From Neoechinorhynchus agilis (lineage: Eukaryota; Animalia; Acanthocephala): DNA of 64,000 nucleotides. Where the stretch lies: assembly GCA_051530055.1 (NCBI GenBank), contig CM121341.1:12874784-12938783 (forward strand). Direction: 5' to 3'. Every line of letters begins with the position of its first letter. Position 1 is the stretch's first letter. Both the position numbers and the translations under genes were made by a program. Positions 24,011 through 38,269 of this stretch are shown piece by piece. The notes beneath the pieces are model-generated. The model was not told the origin of the DNA and did not search any database. It saw only the letters and a list, made by a program, of their open reading frames with translations.

Positions 24011-24939
24011 GATAGTGGCGCTAATGTAAATGGAAAATGATCGTGTAGAGGAAGCGCCGCTATTACAAAGGCTAATTTAAAAAGAGCAACGAAAAATTGA
24101 ACTATATTGAATCGTACTTTTCGCCCTTTCTCTAATCTTTAATATTTCAATTTTTCGATGATTTCGTTGTATGAAATCAACTAGACTGGAATTCTCGGGA
24201 TTGTTTGTAAAGCGTTTACACTTTTTTGTAACAACTGTGACTACGAGCATTTTATTTTGACGCTCTTTAGTAGAAGTAAAGGTGAGTGCTTTTGGTTGTT
24301 TCTTGTGAAAATCGTGAAAAACGCCAATCGATATCATATTGTCAGTTTTCCATTCAGCTCACCAGTGGAGTCTGATGCTTTAAAAATTAACGAAAAACTC
24401 ATAGCGCATCAGCATATATTTGAAACTCTTTAGAACTACAAATGATTCTGTAGCAAGGATTTTTGTATTCTTTTATTTAAAAAGGTTTGATCTAACGTCG
24501 ACGCGGCGCAAAGCAACTTTGATAACGCGTTCACATCGAGAAATTCTTCTTTTAAGTTAGAACACAACGGAGCAAAATACTCCTTTATCAATGTTCAAGT
24601 TTTTAGTGTCACTATGAATACTTCCATCACTACGATCACCGGATTTACTTACCGTAACATCATGATTCGATTCGAAAGGTTCTCGATTAACAGCAATGTC
24701 CAAAAGACTATCGTCGGATTGGAGCTCAAACATGTGAGCAGAAACTCTTGGTACAATTTTCTTCATATTCACATTGAATAATCGTCGAGAAATCACGACG
24801 AATGGTTTATTGGTTCAAAATCCATTCGCCAGAAAATCTTGAGAAATTATGTAAACACGTTTTATTAATTTAAGAAAAGCACGATCCACACACTTCTCAG
24901 CATTTATCTTTGCTGAAGGAGTCTGGATGTCGGTTGTTG

Positions 24940-26720
24940 AGGGCAAGGGAGGTGGGACTTGTCTTTGAAGGAGTTTTAATGTGCGATCGGAGGCTTAGTA
25001 CATGAGATGACCGATTGGGAGTCTTTCCTTGTTCTCCGGTTATTAAGGAAAGATTGGGCTTGAGGGAAGAAAGATTTTTGGTAGAGGGTGGTACGAGCGG
25101 GGGGGGGATGAAAACGGGTGGGGTTCCAAGTGTTTACGAGGGAAGAGTATTTAGAGATGAGGGAAGAAAATTGTGGAGGGGGTTGAAGAAGACGGAGGGC
25201 GTTTTTGGAGAAAATGGAGTGGAGGTGGGCGTCGAGGGTAGGGAGTGAAGTCCCGCATATTCTCGCTGATCTCTTATGGAAGGTTTCGTGGGAATGGAGA
25301 GCATTGGCGGAAAGGGCGAGGAAAGTGTATGTAAGGATAGGGAGGATGGCAGAGAGATAAAAGTGGGCAAGGTGTTTAGGGGATACGCCGAGACGCCGTA
25401 GGAGTTTGAGAAGGTAAAGACGAGGGTTTGCTTTAGAGAGTGTAAATGAAATGTGGGCATCCTATTTAAGGTTTTCTTGTAAAATCAGGTTAGGTATTCG
25501 GAGAGAAGAGGAACGTTGGATGGGGAGAGGCGAGTGGATAAGATTGCGTTTGGAAATGTGGGGGGGCGAGGAAATGAGATGGTTGAGCTCGTCCATGGTT
25601 GTGGAGAGACAGAGAGAGGGAGATGCGATGGTAATGACTGTGAGGTCATCTGCATAGAGAAAATATTTGGTAGGGGGAGTGAGGGGATGAAGGTCATTTA
25701 GAAAAATGTCAAAGCGAAGAGGGGAAAATACGGCGCGGCGGCCAAAGGAAGCACATGATTGGAGGCGAAGGGAGTGATCCGCCGACTCAAACGCCCTGGA
25801 AATATCCAGATGCACGAGACGGGCGGTTGATGCTGGACTGCAATCTAAGCTGCGCACAAGCGTATCGTAGATGCAGAGGAGGGCATCAGAACAAGAGTAA
25901 TTGGACGGAAAGCGAATTGGTAAGGGGAGATGTTTTTTAAGGAAGAAGGGAAGTAGGCGGGTTTTAAAACATTTTTCTGAGATTTTAGAGAAAGGTGAGA
26001 GGATAGAGATGGGACGAAAGGATGTAAGGGAAATCGGTTTATCGTTTTTGGGTAGGGGGACGACACGGGTTTCCTTAAGACACGATGGGAAAGAGCCGAG
26101 TAGAAAGCTAAGGTTCGTTATGCGCGTTAGAGGATCGATAAGTTCCGGGATGATGAAACGAATGGCCCAATTTGGGATAGTCGAATTAGGGGAAGAATGG
26201 CGGGGCAAGCGTTTAAGGATCTCTAGGATTTCGAGAGGGGAAACTAAGGAAGGGCATGTATGAATGGGCAGGTCAGAAAGTGAGAAGGGAGGTTGGGACA
26301 ATGCATTAGGGGTTTGGGGATGACAGAGGTTTTTATTCGTGGAGTTAAGGATTGAGAGGAGAACAGATTTGGGGAAAGGTGCGAAGGGGGGGTGGATCTA
26401 CCAAGACCAGTGACATTTTTTATTTCACGCCACTAGTTTCGATTCCTCTCAATCCTTAACTCCACGAATAAAAACCTCTGTCATCCCCAAACCCCTAATG
26501 CATTGTCCCAACCTCCCTTCTCACTTTCTGACCTGCCCATGATTTGCGGGCTATACGGATGCGTTTGGTCAGTGTGGAGTGGAGGGAGGGGTAAGCGGGA
26601 TTGCCTGACCGTAAAGCTTTGGTTACCTGGATTTGAAGGGTTTTTAGAAAAGGCGAGAAGCATGGAGGGTCGCGGTTCGAGATTCGTATTGTTTTGCGAG
26701 AAAAGGAGGCCTTCATCGCA
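24940..26720 (-). mobile_element. Degenerate L2/CR1-like LINE, RT region
   Basis: FPSCLKETRVVPLPK..SFRPISILSPFSKISEK, LDISRAFES, YADDLT. Confidence 0.8.
26264..26540. repeat. Perfect 97-bp inverted duplication inside the LINE
   Basis: 26264-26360 is the reverse complement of 26444-26540. Confidence 0.9.
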
Positions 26721-26741
26721 TATTCTATTAGATTTAACAAA

Positions 26742-28620
26742 GAGCCCATTAAAAGAGGAAAACGATCTGAGGCTCGCATGGCAAGTCTTGAACTTGCCAG
26801 CCTCTATAATGAAAAGCAAAAGGCTTCGATAGAGGATGCAGTTTGCGGGATCGCATATAAGGAAGGTTTTGTTCGTACCTCCTTAGCATGGAGAGCGATA
26901 AACACTCTCACATGCAGATCCCAAAGACAGCCAACTTTGATTGAAGGTCCCTCCCCGGAAATCAGAAAAAAGAGAATCGCAAATTATTTTGCGGAAATTC
27001 TCAATTCGCCATTATCGTCTTTGGAAGTGAGTACTGCACTTCCAAAAGGCACAATCGTCCCAAGCACTGAGGCATATTTCACTGGACCGATTTTCGTGAA
27101 GGAAGCGATCGTTGCGGCGAAAATGATGCGTGCAGGACGTGCATCAGGCCCACATGGGATAATGGCAGAGGTTCTGAAGTTTGAATCGATTGCCAGAAAA
27201 ATCACACCGATAATGAATGGCATAATGAATAGTGGCTCAGTACCTCAAATCTGGAAAACGGCGCATTTAACAATGATCCCCAAGAAATGCTGCTCGACAA
27301 AGGTGGAGGACTACAGAGGTATATCCTTGATGTCCAACACGGCAAAACTTTTCAGCAGCATTTTGAGACGCCGAATTCAGCCAATCCTCGAACCGTTTCT
27401 AAGAATTGAACAGAACGGCTTCAGGAAAGGTCGAGGCACCACAGAGCACATATTGGCTTTGAGGAGGATCCTCGAGGAGGCACGAATTCATCAAACGGAT
27501 GTGACGCTGGTATTTGTTGATTTCCGTCGAGCTTTCGATTCGGTAAATCGAACGATGATTGGCGGTATCTTAAAGGAGTATGGAGTGCCGCCGATCATTG
27601 TCACATCCGCTATGGCATTATATAAAAACACAAGGTCCGCCGTCAAGACAGCTGACGGTTTGACAGAATACTTTTCCACCACTTCAGGTGTTCTGCAGGG
27701 CGACACATTGGCTCCTTTCCTCTTCATCTTGGTGCTTGATTGGGTAATGAGATGGGCACTACCGAATGATGAAGATGGATTTCTTCTGTTGAGGAAAAGA
27801 GGTCGCAGGTATCCTGAGATACGCGCCTCCTACATGGCATATGCCGACGACATCGTATTGATGTCCTCAACAGTCGAAGGAGCTCAACGCATGCTAAATA
27901 GACTGTGCGAGAGGGCGAGTATGATTGGTCTGACCATCAACTCGAAAAAGACGGAATTCTTGACGATTCCGCATGTCGCGCATACAGTCTCTGGCGAAGG
28001 GCCGAATGGCGTTGAGCAATTAAAACAGATAGAGCGGTATGTCTATCTGGGAGCTGTCGTTCCTGAGGTGAGTGCGGATGTCAGCCGACGGAGAGCTATA
28101 GCTTGGAGAGCAATGGGGCAACTTAAACCACTGTTTGACAGTGAGTCTTTGCCAGATGAACTCCGTTCGCAGCTGTTCAGGGCTCTAATTGAGAGCATTC
28201 TCTACTACAATGCAGAGACCTGGACACTGTCACCAACGGCGACGAGGCAGTTGGACCAAAATCATTCATCTCTCTTACGTGCGGCGTTCAAGGTCAGATG
28301 GTCAGATAAAGTGACCAAGAAAGCACTGTATAAGAGAGCCGGAGTCCAACCGCCCAGTGAATATTTGCGCCGCAGACGACTGCAGTTCACGGGCAATATA
28401 ATTCGGTCCGAGGCATCTTGCCCACAGGTCGTGCAACAGTTCCTTTTCTGGAAGCCAACGACATTGTATCATAAAGGCAAAGGGAACTGTCATACATACG
28501 ATGACCTGATTTTTAAGAGACGCGAATTGCCCGCATAACAGGACTGCTGTCGTGTATTTTAGATCCCTTGCGGAGTCTAATTCTATTTGACGGGCTTATA
28601 CCTACGGTGCAGCGTAGGAA
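26742..28620 (+). mobile_element. 5'-truncated RTE-like non-LTR retrotransposon with intact RT ORF (26694-28538)
   Basis: ASGPHGI, DYRGISLM, QNGFRKGR, FVDFRRAFDSV, GVLQGDTLAPFLF, AYADDIVL. Confidence 0.88.
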
Positions 28621-28929
28621 AGTACCGTTGCATACAATACAATTCGACGTGGCCGGCAAAGACCTCTTTTCTAAGATGTTGGGGGTGTTAAACATACAGT
28701 CTATTGACATTTCCCATAGAGTCACCTTTCTCATGAGGAATCCTCCTCAAGACTTGGATTCTGCTGACTCGCAAAATTGAGGATGAGTTAGAAATTAAAC
28801 TGGTCAAATATTTATTTAGACCAAATGCCACTTCCGCCTACGCCATCCTATGTTCAGCCACTATCAATGTCGCCGAGAGTTTAGCTAACTCCGGCAGGAG
28901 CTTCTTTTCATACAGGGTCACTTTCGACC

Positions 28930-31750
28930 GATATAAGCACTTTCTCTGTGACTATAATTTGATAATATGTCGGAGGTGTTCTAGATGGGGGCACCACGAA
29001 TCGGGCTGTGTATTCCCCTCTAAATGCATCATCCTGCTCTCACTCTGATTCTACCACTTGTGCAAGCTATGGCAAGAATCATCCGGCCTTTGCGCGCTCT
29101 TGCAAGTTCGCGCAAAAATACTGACGATTCCTTATCATCGAAGCAGCGGGTCTACTATAATAAAAATAATAGAGAAACCTATCCTCATCAAACTCCTCTC
29201 TCCGGACGGCTTTTCCTCTAAGGAGTTGAAGACTCAACCTCCCTCTAATGGTTACAACTCTAAGCTTCCCCCCAAACCTCTGGAAAAATCTTCTTTTGAA
29301 AGTTTAATATCTTCCCTCTCCAATTCTCCACTTGGTACCGGTAAAGAAATCTCCTTGCTTAAGGGAATCCTTTTTTGGATTCTTTACAAACTTGATAATT
29401 GCTCTGTATCGGACTCTTCCTCTAACACATCATCTATATTACCTAACCTAAACTCTCTAAAAAACTGGATTGATTGTGAACATTCTAAAAGGAATATTTC
29501 CCCATCTTCACTTGACTTGGAATCTATTAGGACTTTCCTGCCTCTAGGGCTTCGCGTCTTTCCGTTTTCTTACTCCTTGTATATTTGATAACTATGTTAA
29601 CATCTTATGTTTTCAAGAAACCGGCTTTTCTAAATTCTTTCTTTTTGATAATTATGATTCTCATATTCTTCTCCCTTGCTCCTCATCAACCAATCAGCAT
29701 ACTGGCTTCTCTGGAGGACTCCAAACATTTATTCTTAAATCTCACTATTCTAAACTTCTCTTTCAAACTAAAAATATCTCTTTTGCAATGCAAATTCTTT
29801 CTTTTAAGAATCCCTTCTATGGTACCTCATCCTTTTTCTCGCCTACTCTTATCATTTGCAACTTGTATATTCAACCGAGACATGTGGAAAAATTTATTAA
29901 ATCTTTTATACATATCCTCCGTTACTGGAATCCCGACTTTATTGTCGGTGATTTCAATAGTAATTTTTTAAATGGTTTTAGGCCCTTTTTCAAGTTTCAC
30001 AATTTTTTGCTCCCTAAATATTCTTCATTTCATACTGCTAAATCCAATAGACATACCTTCTTGGATAACGCAATTATTAAAAAGTCAATTCCAATTTTAT
30101 TCTATCCTGCTTCCCAACATCAGTCACAGAGATTATTAGGGCGTGACTTCATTCTTTTTAAATCTAATGCCATTTCTCTTAAGGACACTTTTGTTTTTAA
30201 TCCTCAAAGGTTATCGAAATTTAATAATGATCTCTTATCTTTTATGAACTCACATACTTCTATCTCCTTATCTGACTTTAATAATGCTATATTATCCTCT
30301 GTACATAAAAATTTAATTATTAAGTCTATGATCAAGCGACCCCCTGTTTGTCATGAAGCCAACATGTTTTATAAAAAGCTGTTATAGCTGATTTGTATAA
30401 TAACTCCCCACTTAAAAACTTCTTTATGAAAAATTTTTACACGGCTAAGTTTTATCATAAAGTTTCTTTGGACAAAAAGAAGCTGATCTCTCCTAAGCCT
30501 TTTGGTAAGGGCTTCTGGTCCTGTATTTTGAACAGGAGACCAGTTTGTTGGAAGGCAAACGCATCCAACTGGATTGCCTCTATATCTTATCCTGCAGTAA
30601 TCGAGTCTATTTTGATGGCGCATACTTTTAGTGCATGTTCTTCTCCTCCACTTCCTTTCTATAATAAAAAGTCCTCATGGAATTTCGAAGTAGAAGCTTT
30701 TTTAAAGGCTTGTAAATCAAACCCCTCTAAGGCTTATAATATAAGTGGTACTTCACCCAAAAAATTTACTGCTATCTCTTATGAAGTTCAATCGATTTTT
30801 TAATAGGCTTCGTTTATCGAAAATTGATTTTAATGATCTCCTGAACATTAATATTGTCAAGAAAATTTTTATTCCCAAGACGAAAGGACGCATTTTTAAC
30901 GCTACCCTCATTTGAATCATCTCCATACAGAACCCAATCGTCTCTTGCTTAGAAAGAGCGGTTAACGGGAAGCTGTATGACTTTTTAGTTTCTAGAAATC
31001 TTATACCTGACTTTTTTCATGGTTTTATTAGGGGTAAAGGTGTTACTTCGCTTTTATTCTCTCTTAATTCTATGAATGAAGCTATTAATTTACAAAAACT
31101 TCTCATTCAGTTCGATATTAATAAGGCTTTTGACGCCTTGGATCGCTCTTTCCTTAACGAGGCCTTAGTTAATCTTAAAGTTCCTCTAAATATTATCTAC
31201 AAAATCAACTATCTTATATAATCTAAGTCATTTTACTATGAGGTAGACCCTTCTCACACTAAATTTTTCTCTAGGTATGGCGTTCCTCAAGGCTCTCCCC
31301 TCTCGCCCAGCTTATTCTTAATTGTCCTCATATATATTTTTAAAAAATTAAAGAAATCTTCTTCCATATTTCCGCTAGTTTATACGGATGATATATTTCC
31401 ATTTTGTAAAGCTAGAACATCTTCAATCCTAACTAATAATATAGCTAATTATATGCATTCTTTGTCTTCGGAACTTAGGAAAGCAAATCTGGTTGTAAAT
31501 AGTAACAAAACTTTCTTTATTCCACTTACTAAAACCTTGGTCTCTAGGAAGCTCCTAAATAATGAATTAGCATCTAATTTAAATTTCCTTAATATCAACT
31601 TTAGATCACATTCCAGGATTTGAAGTGTAGAATTCCCTTGTAAGAATCATAGAATTTTTATTAACTCTTCCGTTAAAAGTCTATTGGCAAAAACAGTTAT
31701 CTTCATCAAAAGAGCAAAAAGGCTCTCCATCTCTTCTCTTTATATCTTTA
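28930..31750 (+). mobile_element. Decayed AT-rich APE-type LINE (gag-like knuckle, APE, RT)
   Basis: CAS.GKNHPAFARSC; IVGDFNS and TFLDNAI (APE); HGFIRGKG, QFDINKAFD, YGVPQGSPLSP, YTDD (RT). Confidence 0.75.
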
Positions 31751-31759
31751 AGGTTTTAA

Positions 31760-33260
31760 AAATCACATGTACACCAGTTTCGATTGGGAACAGACGAAAG
31801 ACGAGATGAGAGGAATAATTTGCGGGCTATACGAATGCGTTTTGTCAGTGTGGAGTGGAGGGAGGGGTAAGCGGGATTACTTGACCGGAAAGCTTTGGTG
31901 ACCTGCATTTGAAGGGTTTTTAGAAAAGGTGAGAACCATGGAAGGTCGCGGTTCAAGATTCGTACTGTTTTGCGATTAAAGGAGGCCTTCATCGCAGGTT
32001 CTATTAGATTTAACAAAGAGCAAATTGCAATCGAGGGGTCGGTGCCAAAGATGGTAGAGCGGTTTTGCGTGATAAGAGAATTGACATATACAGCAAAGGA
32101 TTGGGTATGATGATCACGTTTATCCCAGACAACGTAGGGGTCGGAAAAGGAATCATGGATTCGTGGGTGGACATCGTAGTAGGGGGTGATTTGAGTGTAG
32201 GGACCATAAGGGTGGGAACTGTGCATGCAGGATGAACTCGGGGAGAAAGATGATATTGGGAGTTGAAGAGGTGGTGGTAAGAGGTGAGGTACTTTGAGCA
32301 TCCAAGGCATTTTTCGCTTTTGAGGGTCGAAGCGAAAATTTCCAGATTTGGTAGGGTGCGGAATGAGTGGTGGCAAGGATGAGAGGGGTCTAGGAGGAGT
32401 TAATTTACGCAGCGAGGGATGCTTAGTGTAGTCGTTGAAAGATGGTAGGGATGTGTGCTTTTTACTGGAAAATCGAGGTACAGGAGAGAAGGTGGTAGGT
32501 TTTGATGGGTCTAATATTGAAACGTAATCGTGGAAGGATGGGAGGGGTTTATGGTTTTTTCTTGCAGTACGGGGTGCTAGAGAGGAGGTGGAGGATTTAG
32601 ATGAGGAAGAGGGGTTCGGTTTTAATGGCGGAGTAGAGTTAGACTTAGAGTGCAGGGACGAGGGAAAAGGTGTATGAGAGATGATAGGAACGGAATTTCA
32701 GGAGGGGAGAAGATTGTTGAAGAGAAGTCGAATTAGAATGTGGAGAGGAGTCTTGGAATGCGCCGACAGCAAAGGGTGGGTGGACAGTATTTAAAGAGTG
32801 GAGCGAGGGAGAAGAGGTGGTTTGGGGTGGGTAAACTGAAGATGGAAGGGGTTGGGGGGTTCGGGTTTGGGAGGAGTACTTATTGGGAAGGGGGGAACCG
32901 GAGAACACGGTTTGAGCAAGGCGGCAGTACAAAAACCGGAAATAAATTTCCGGCCTGCTGCCCAAGTATTTGTGACGAATATTTGAGTTGTAAACGGACA
33001 ATCGTCCATGTCACAGAGAACGAGCTTGGTGGTTGGGCGCTTTGGCCTCGGCATTGTTTGCAAGTGTTTATGACGTTAGATCGTGCGACGACGTTTATGC
33101 TCACAGATTTGATTGCAATTGTTTACGACGTTAGATCTTGTGACAGCGTTGATTGTCTGGCAAAGAAAATATTCGATGATGTGTGACGACGACGAGAGAG
33201 AGAACGTTGACGATTGACGAGAGAGAAGGTTAAACGTTGACGAGAGAAAAGAACGTTGAC
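31760..33260 (-). mobile_element. 5' half of an L2/CR1-like LINE (5'UTR, Cys-rich ORF1, APE remnant)
   Basis: 31821-32020 is nearly identical to 26542-26741; Cys-rich CKQC segment; short gacgagagaga..aacgttga repeats at 33185-33260. Confidence 0.7.
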
Positions 33261-33336
33261 CAGTCGATCATTGAATGTCGCTTTTACCAAAAACTCCTCA
33301 AAAATATTTTAAAACGTAACATTTTAAGCGGCCAAA

Positions 33337-33590
33337 TCATAGCAATCTATCTTTTTTGCCTTTGTAAAGAGACAATACTGATACTTTTCCGACCGAAACA
33401 ACCTTGAATCGAACACCAGGAATATCTCCAACGGCATAGCCCTTTCGACCGAATATAGCCACCATCACCTCGTCGTTTTCCTCGATAAAATTCAGACAAC
33501 CATCCCGAGGAACGAAAGCAGTGATTTTTCGTCCATTCTTTATGAACTGCAACTCTAACGCATTTTCTAATGGCAGAAACTATTCCTTTC
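33337..33590 (-). pseudogene. RPS23: 5'-truncated 40S ribosomal protein S23 pseudogene
   Basis: AIRKCVRV / [46 protein letters not shown]; 1-nt frameshift near 33551; N-terminus replaced by CRE sequence. Confidence 0.9.
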
Positions 33591-33599
33591 GCATGAGAC

Positions 33600-34560
33600 G
33601 CTCACAGCACATTTTTTAGACATAACGATAAGCTGGCAAAATTAGACGAGACGGTGAAAGTCTCTCTCGAGAAAATTTTAAATACTCAGCTGTCGGACGA
33701 GGCCAGGCGTCAAGCGTCCATGCCTGTATCGTCCGGCAGTTTAAGTATCCTAAAAGCAGCCGAAATTTCTCTGCCAGCTTATTTGGTATCGTATAAAGCT
33801 AACCGCATATAGTTTAGTCTTTTCTTGGCGAGAATCACACTTTGGATGAAAATTTCGTGGAGGCTCTAAATCTTTGGTGTGAAGATTCCAGTAATGAGCA
33901 TGTACCCGTCAGTCAGTTTGGGACTAACCCTGTTAATTTCAGATTCTCGTGACCTGGTGAACCGAACTTGGTTGGCAGCAACCTCTACAAGAGAATCGGG
34001 TGTATGTCTCAACGCTATCCCAATCGCTTCTGTGGTTACCCGTCTCTCAGGCGAGACAGTAAAGATTGCAGTGTCCCCGAGACTTGGGGTACCGATGTGC
34101 ACATCCCATCGCTGCCGTTGCGGAGCGACCGTGGATCCATCTGAACGCCATGATCTTGTCTGTCGGCAATCGGGCGGAAGGTACTTACGCCGAAGTGAAC
34201 GCAATTCTTAGTCGTGCCCTGTATACTGTTAATGCGCCTAACATCCTAGGGCCGAGCAATCTTTGCCGACTCGATGGCCGTAGACCGTACGGTGTCACAG
34301 TATTCCCGTGGCGAGAAGGCAAAGCCTTCTTTGGGACGCCACGTCCGTAGACCCGCTTGCGGGCAACAACAACATAAAATTCGCCACTATTAAACCAGGG
34401 AGAGCAGCTTTCGGCCCTAATCACTGGCCATCCGAGATCAGGAGAATTCCTCCTACAAAACATCAGTCTTGCTGTGCTACGGGGGGGACGAAGCATCGGA
34501 CCTTTCGACTATTGCACCAGGACGGCAGCTGAGTGATCCAGAGCGGTGGTGTGAATGATT
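33600..34560 (+). mobile_element. CRE 3' fragment
   Basis: Highly similar to 13020-14100 (CRCG, PSNLCRLDGRRPYGVTVFPW). Confidence 0.85.
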
Positions 34561-37125
34561 TCGGCTCCCAGATTTTGAAGGTTATATTAAATAAAAAAAA
34601 TCATCTTAGCCTATTAAAAACATCCACCACATTATTTGCCCGAGAATTTTGTAATTGTGAAAAATAGATTTTTTATGTATTTACTTTCACAAAATATTAA
34701 CGACGATTTTATCGTGCGAAAAACAATTAATCCATTTAATCTCTATTTTTCTTGAGCACATTGAAAGTAGCAAATCTTATGAGTGCGTTTAAAAGATCTA
34801 TCACCTTAAGACTTAATGGATCTAACGCCAAAAACAACAGCGATTTTGTTAAGTATTTGCACATTACCCCGAATAAAGAATATTTTGAAGCTAAAAAATG
34901 CTTCTTAGTTGACGAGTATTTAAAAATAAATTTGAATGTGGCAAAGTAAGTGATTTTTAAGTGGGAAATAAAGTCCTAAAACCTTCACTGATTCTTAATT
35001 ATTTCATGATGTTTGTAACGCAAATATAAACGATCTTGGGACAACTGAGAATCACGTTAACTCAGAAAACTGTTCGAATCTTATAACGAGTTTTGTCTAA
35101 ATTAAGAGTGCCTAAACCTACGTCGCGAAAAAGTCTTTGTTTTATACAGAAAACCCATTCTCGAACGCAGTAATGGTGTGTAAGCTTTAATTGAATCAAA
35201 GGGGCCAAGTAGTAATTAAATCACAAAGAATTTCTCTTGGAAAAACGTAGACGCACAATACCAAAAGACCATTTTTATCCTTGAGCCGCCCGGTGTAGTT
35301 GTAGATCAAAAGATTTTTGAAAGTAAGTAACATTTCTCTCTGAATTGTAAGTCTAATTAAGGAGTTTCTCTGTTGTTTTTGGCGTTTGTAGCCAGTTACA
35401 TTTTTTGAAACCCGAATAAACTTACTCATTGCGATAAACTCCCCTATGGATGATAGAGTTTGAATTGTTGTGGTCCCCGGATAATACATATTTTATTGAA
35501 TTTATGGTCGTTACTAAGCTTCATCAGTAATATAAAGCGATTTAGTTCTTTTTTATTGTGTGGCTCGCAATATAAAACCTTTTACCGCCGGAGTATGCTA
35601 TTTATAAGTCTTCACTCTGTAAATAACTTTTTTGCACTAAAGACGTTCTGAGAACCTCGTCCAGTTTATCGGCATTAATTTTTTTAGGTTCAAAACGTCT
35701 TACATCTCGACATTTTGATCAAAAAATTCTTTTTAGATGACCCGGATGAGGCGAAACTTCGTCTTTCGGAATATTTCTTAGCAATAAAATACGTTTTATC
35801 CGAAGGTGTTTATAATCAGCCCATTTCAAAGATGTCCTATTTCATTGTTATTTTGCGGTTGTTTATGAACACCCGAGGGGGACCATTGAAGACGAATGAA
35901 TATTTCAACTGATTGTATCATTCATTTAACTTATATAACTATCATTCGAATAAAATGCTCAATGAAATTTCCTATTACGTTTATGTAAATACATTTGTTT
36001 CGGTTCTTTAGAATTTGATTGGAATTATTTTCACTTAACCGGTGATTTGGCTTATTCCTTTCGATTGTTTCAACCTGGCGATTCAATATGGCCTCCATAA
36101 TAACACGATCCAATTTTGTTTCACTGCGCGCCTCCATGACTTGGCCTTGTTGTGCGAAATGGTTCTCCTCACAGCGTGTAAAAAATAAACGGCTGATTTT
36201 GGGACATAAGCTCTGGTCTGCGCTAAATACCCACGAACCGTTCGGTTCTCGACAAGGCGAGGCATGTTTTATTGACTAATGAAATCTAGAAATTAAGATC
36301 AAAGTTGTTTGTTGCTTTTCTAACTGAAACAATTTGACTATATTTCAAACTGATATCCGCGTAGAATTGATTTTGTATTAAAATCCTCCGAAAATGATGT
36401 TCTCACTAATGATAAAAATGCCATGTTTGCTGTCGCAAATCCTTTTAGTTTTTATTGGAGCTGCGAGAATACGCTTTTGAGTCATAGTGAAAAGCGACAA
36501 AGTGCGTTTTCGCTCTCTACAAAAAAGACAAATTTGATAAGTGCCACTAAAAAGTCATCATTTTCACATCAAACGTAAACCGAGAATTCCGTATAAGGTG
36601 GGGCGTGTAAGTGATCGATTGATACTTTTCGATGGTTCTTGATTTAATGACATCCGACAAAAGTCTAATAAAACGTCTAAAAAAGATCCCAAGCTCAGGG
36701 TGTGACAACGCCTCGATTCCCTCTGGCACCGGTGTCAATAACCCGGTTATGATTCTTCTTTTTAGTGGCGGGGACGCCATGCGAAAACTTTACCCACATG
36801 TCTCTTTTTTTGAAAGCATTAAGGCTGTGAAAAATTCTGAGAAATGAACGAACTGACAGTACTCCTCAATCAAATCGAGCAAGGCGTAGTAAGTGTTCAA
36901 AGAAAACAACGACCTTTTTCGACCCTACAGTTGATACATTCATATAAGACGAGCGAACTTAGTATTTCTATTAACTTCCATAAAAAATCACTAAGGACGT
37001 GAACGTCTTCCGGCAGTTTCCGTTTTTTTCGCATGGGTCTAATCAATGGAAATGTCATTTGTCTGCTTCTATCATATACACATTCCTCTAGCTTCTAGCT
37101 GACTTTTCACACACACGTCTTAGGT

Positions 37126-37710
37126 ATGTCAATGAGACAAATCTTAAAGAGAATAAGAAGAGGTAAAAAGATAGTCAGTGAAACCAAACAGCAGCAAGCA
37201 ACTATAATGTCATTGGACGAAGGGCAATGTAATGAAATGATGAAGGATTTAATAATTGCTTTTAAAATATTCGATAAGGACAACAATGGTCTTATAAGCA
37301 AGCAAGAACTTTTGGAAGCAATGGAGGCGTTCGGCGGAAATTTAAGTCGTAACGAAATCGATGAAATTTTTAGGAAAATCGATACAGACAAATCCGGTGA
37401 TATTGATTTCACTGAATTTATTCAGGCGATCGCGCTTCAGAAAAAAACGCAAACGATTTGGAAGCAAACTCCTCCTCATATGAGCAGCCAATCAGATACG
37501 GCCGCCGATCCAAAGTCGTTGTTTAACATTTTCGACAAGAACTCAGATGGATTTATTTCCCCGGATGAAATCAGAGAGGTTATGCTTATTGTTGGAGAAG
37601 AGCTTACAGAGGATGACATTACTGAAATGTTAAAAGTGGCAGATACAGACGGTGATGGACGAGTTAGTTACTCGGAATTCGCGAAAATAATCGATACGTG
37701 CAGAATATGA
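37126..37710 (+). CDS. Calmodulin-like four-EF-hand protein with basic N-terminal extension
   Basis: EF loops DKDNNGLISKQE, DTDKSGDIDFTE, DKNSDGFISPDE, DTDGDGRVSYSE. Confidence 0.9.
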   Translation: MSMRQILKRIRRGKKIVSETKQQQATIMSLDEGQCNEMMKDLIIAFKIFDKDNNGLISKQELLEAMEAFGGNLSRNEIDEIFRKIDTDKSGDIDFTEFIQAIALQKKTQTIWKQTPPHMSSQSDTAADPKSLFNIFDKNSDGFISPDEIREVMLIVGEELTEDDITEMLKVADTDGDGRVSYSEFAKIIDTCRI

Positions 37711-38269
37711 AGAAATAACAACTTTGCCATATCGAAATACGCGATGAAATCTTTTAAATCGTTCCAATAAAATAACGCCACTAATATGCGTGTATCGGAA
37801 ATTTACATAAAGATTACTTTTACCGTCAATTGAACACGAATTTTCTATTACAATAAATCAAATTCGTTTTAGATCAACATAATCGAGAAAAAGTCCGCCT
37901 CTTACACGACGGAACAATCTGTTCGAAGTGAGCAACATGAGACCATCACTAAAATCAGTTTTTGCTCACGAACATTCAGTTGGTCGAAAGGAAGGATGCA
38001 GCAGTCGTTTACAGGAGAAGGAGTGATTCGTCTGAATCTCTTGGGCAATTGATTGAACGTTAACCACGAGAATACTGGTCTACGACGGTCATCGAGTCGC
38101 CATACTCGGCTCTAGGAGGCGCATTCACAGTATTCAGAGAACGACTAAGAATTACGGCGCCAACTCAAGGAGAAAACCTCCAAGCTGACGAGTTCGTCCA
38201 TAGATACGGAAGAATGCACCAAGTAAATGTCAGAGAAAACTGGCAAGACGATTATGTTAAGCATAGTTG

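Noticed and set aside
24077-24900. Minus-strand ORFs next to the MRPL13 relic
   Set aside because: Interrupted by stops; no family recognised.
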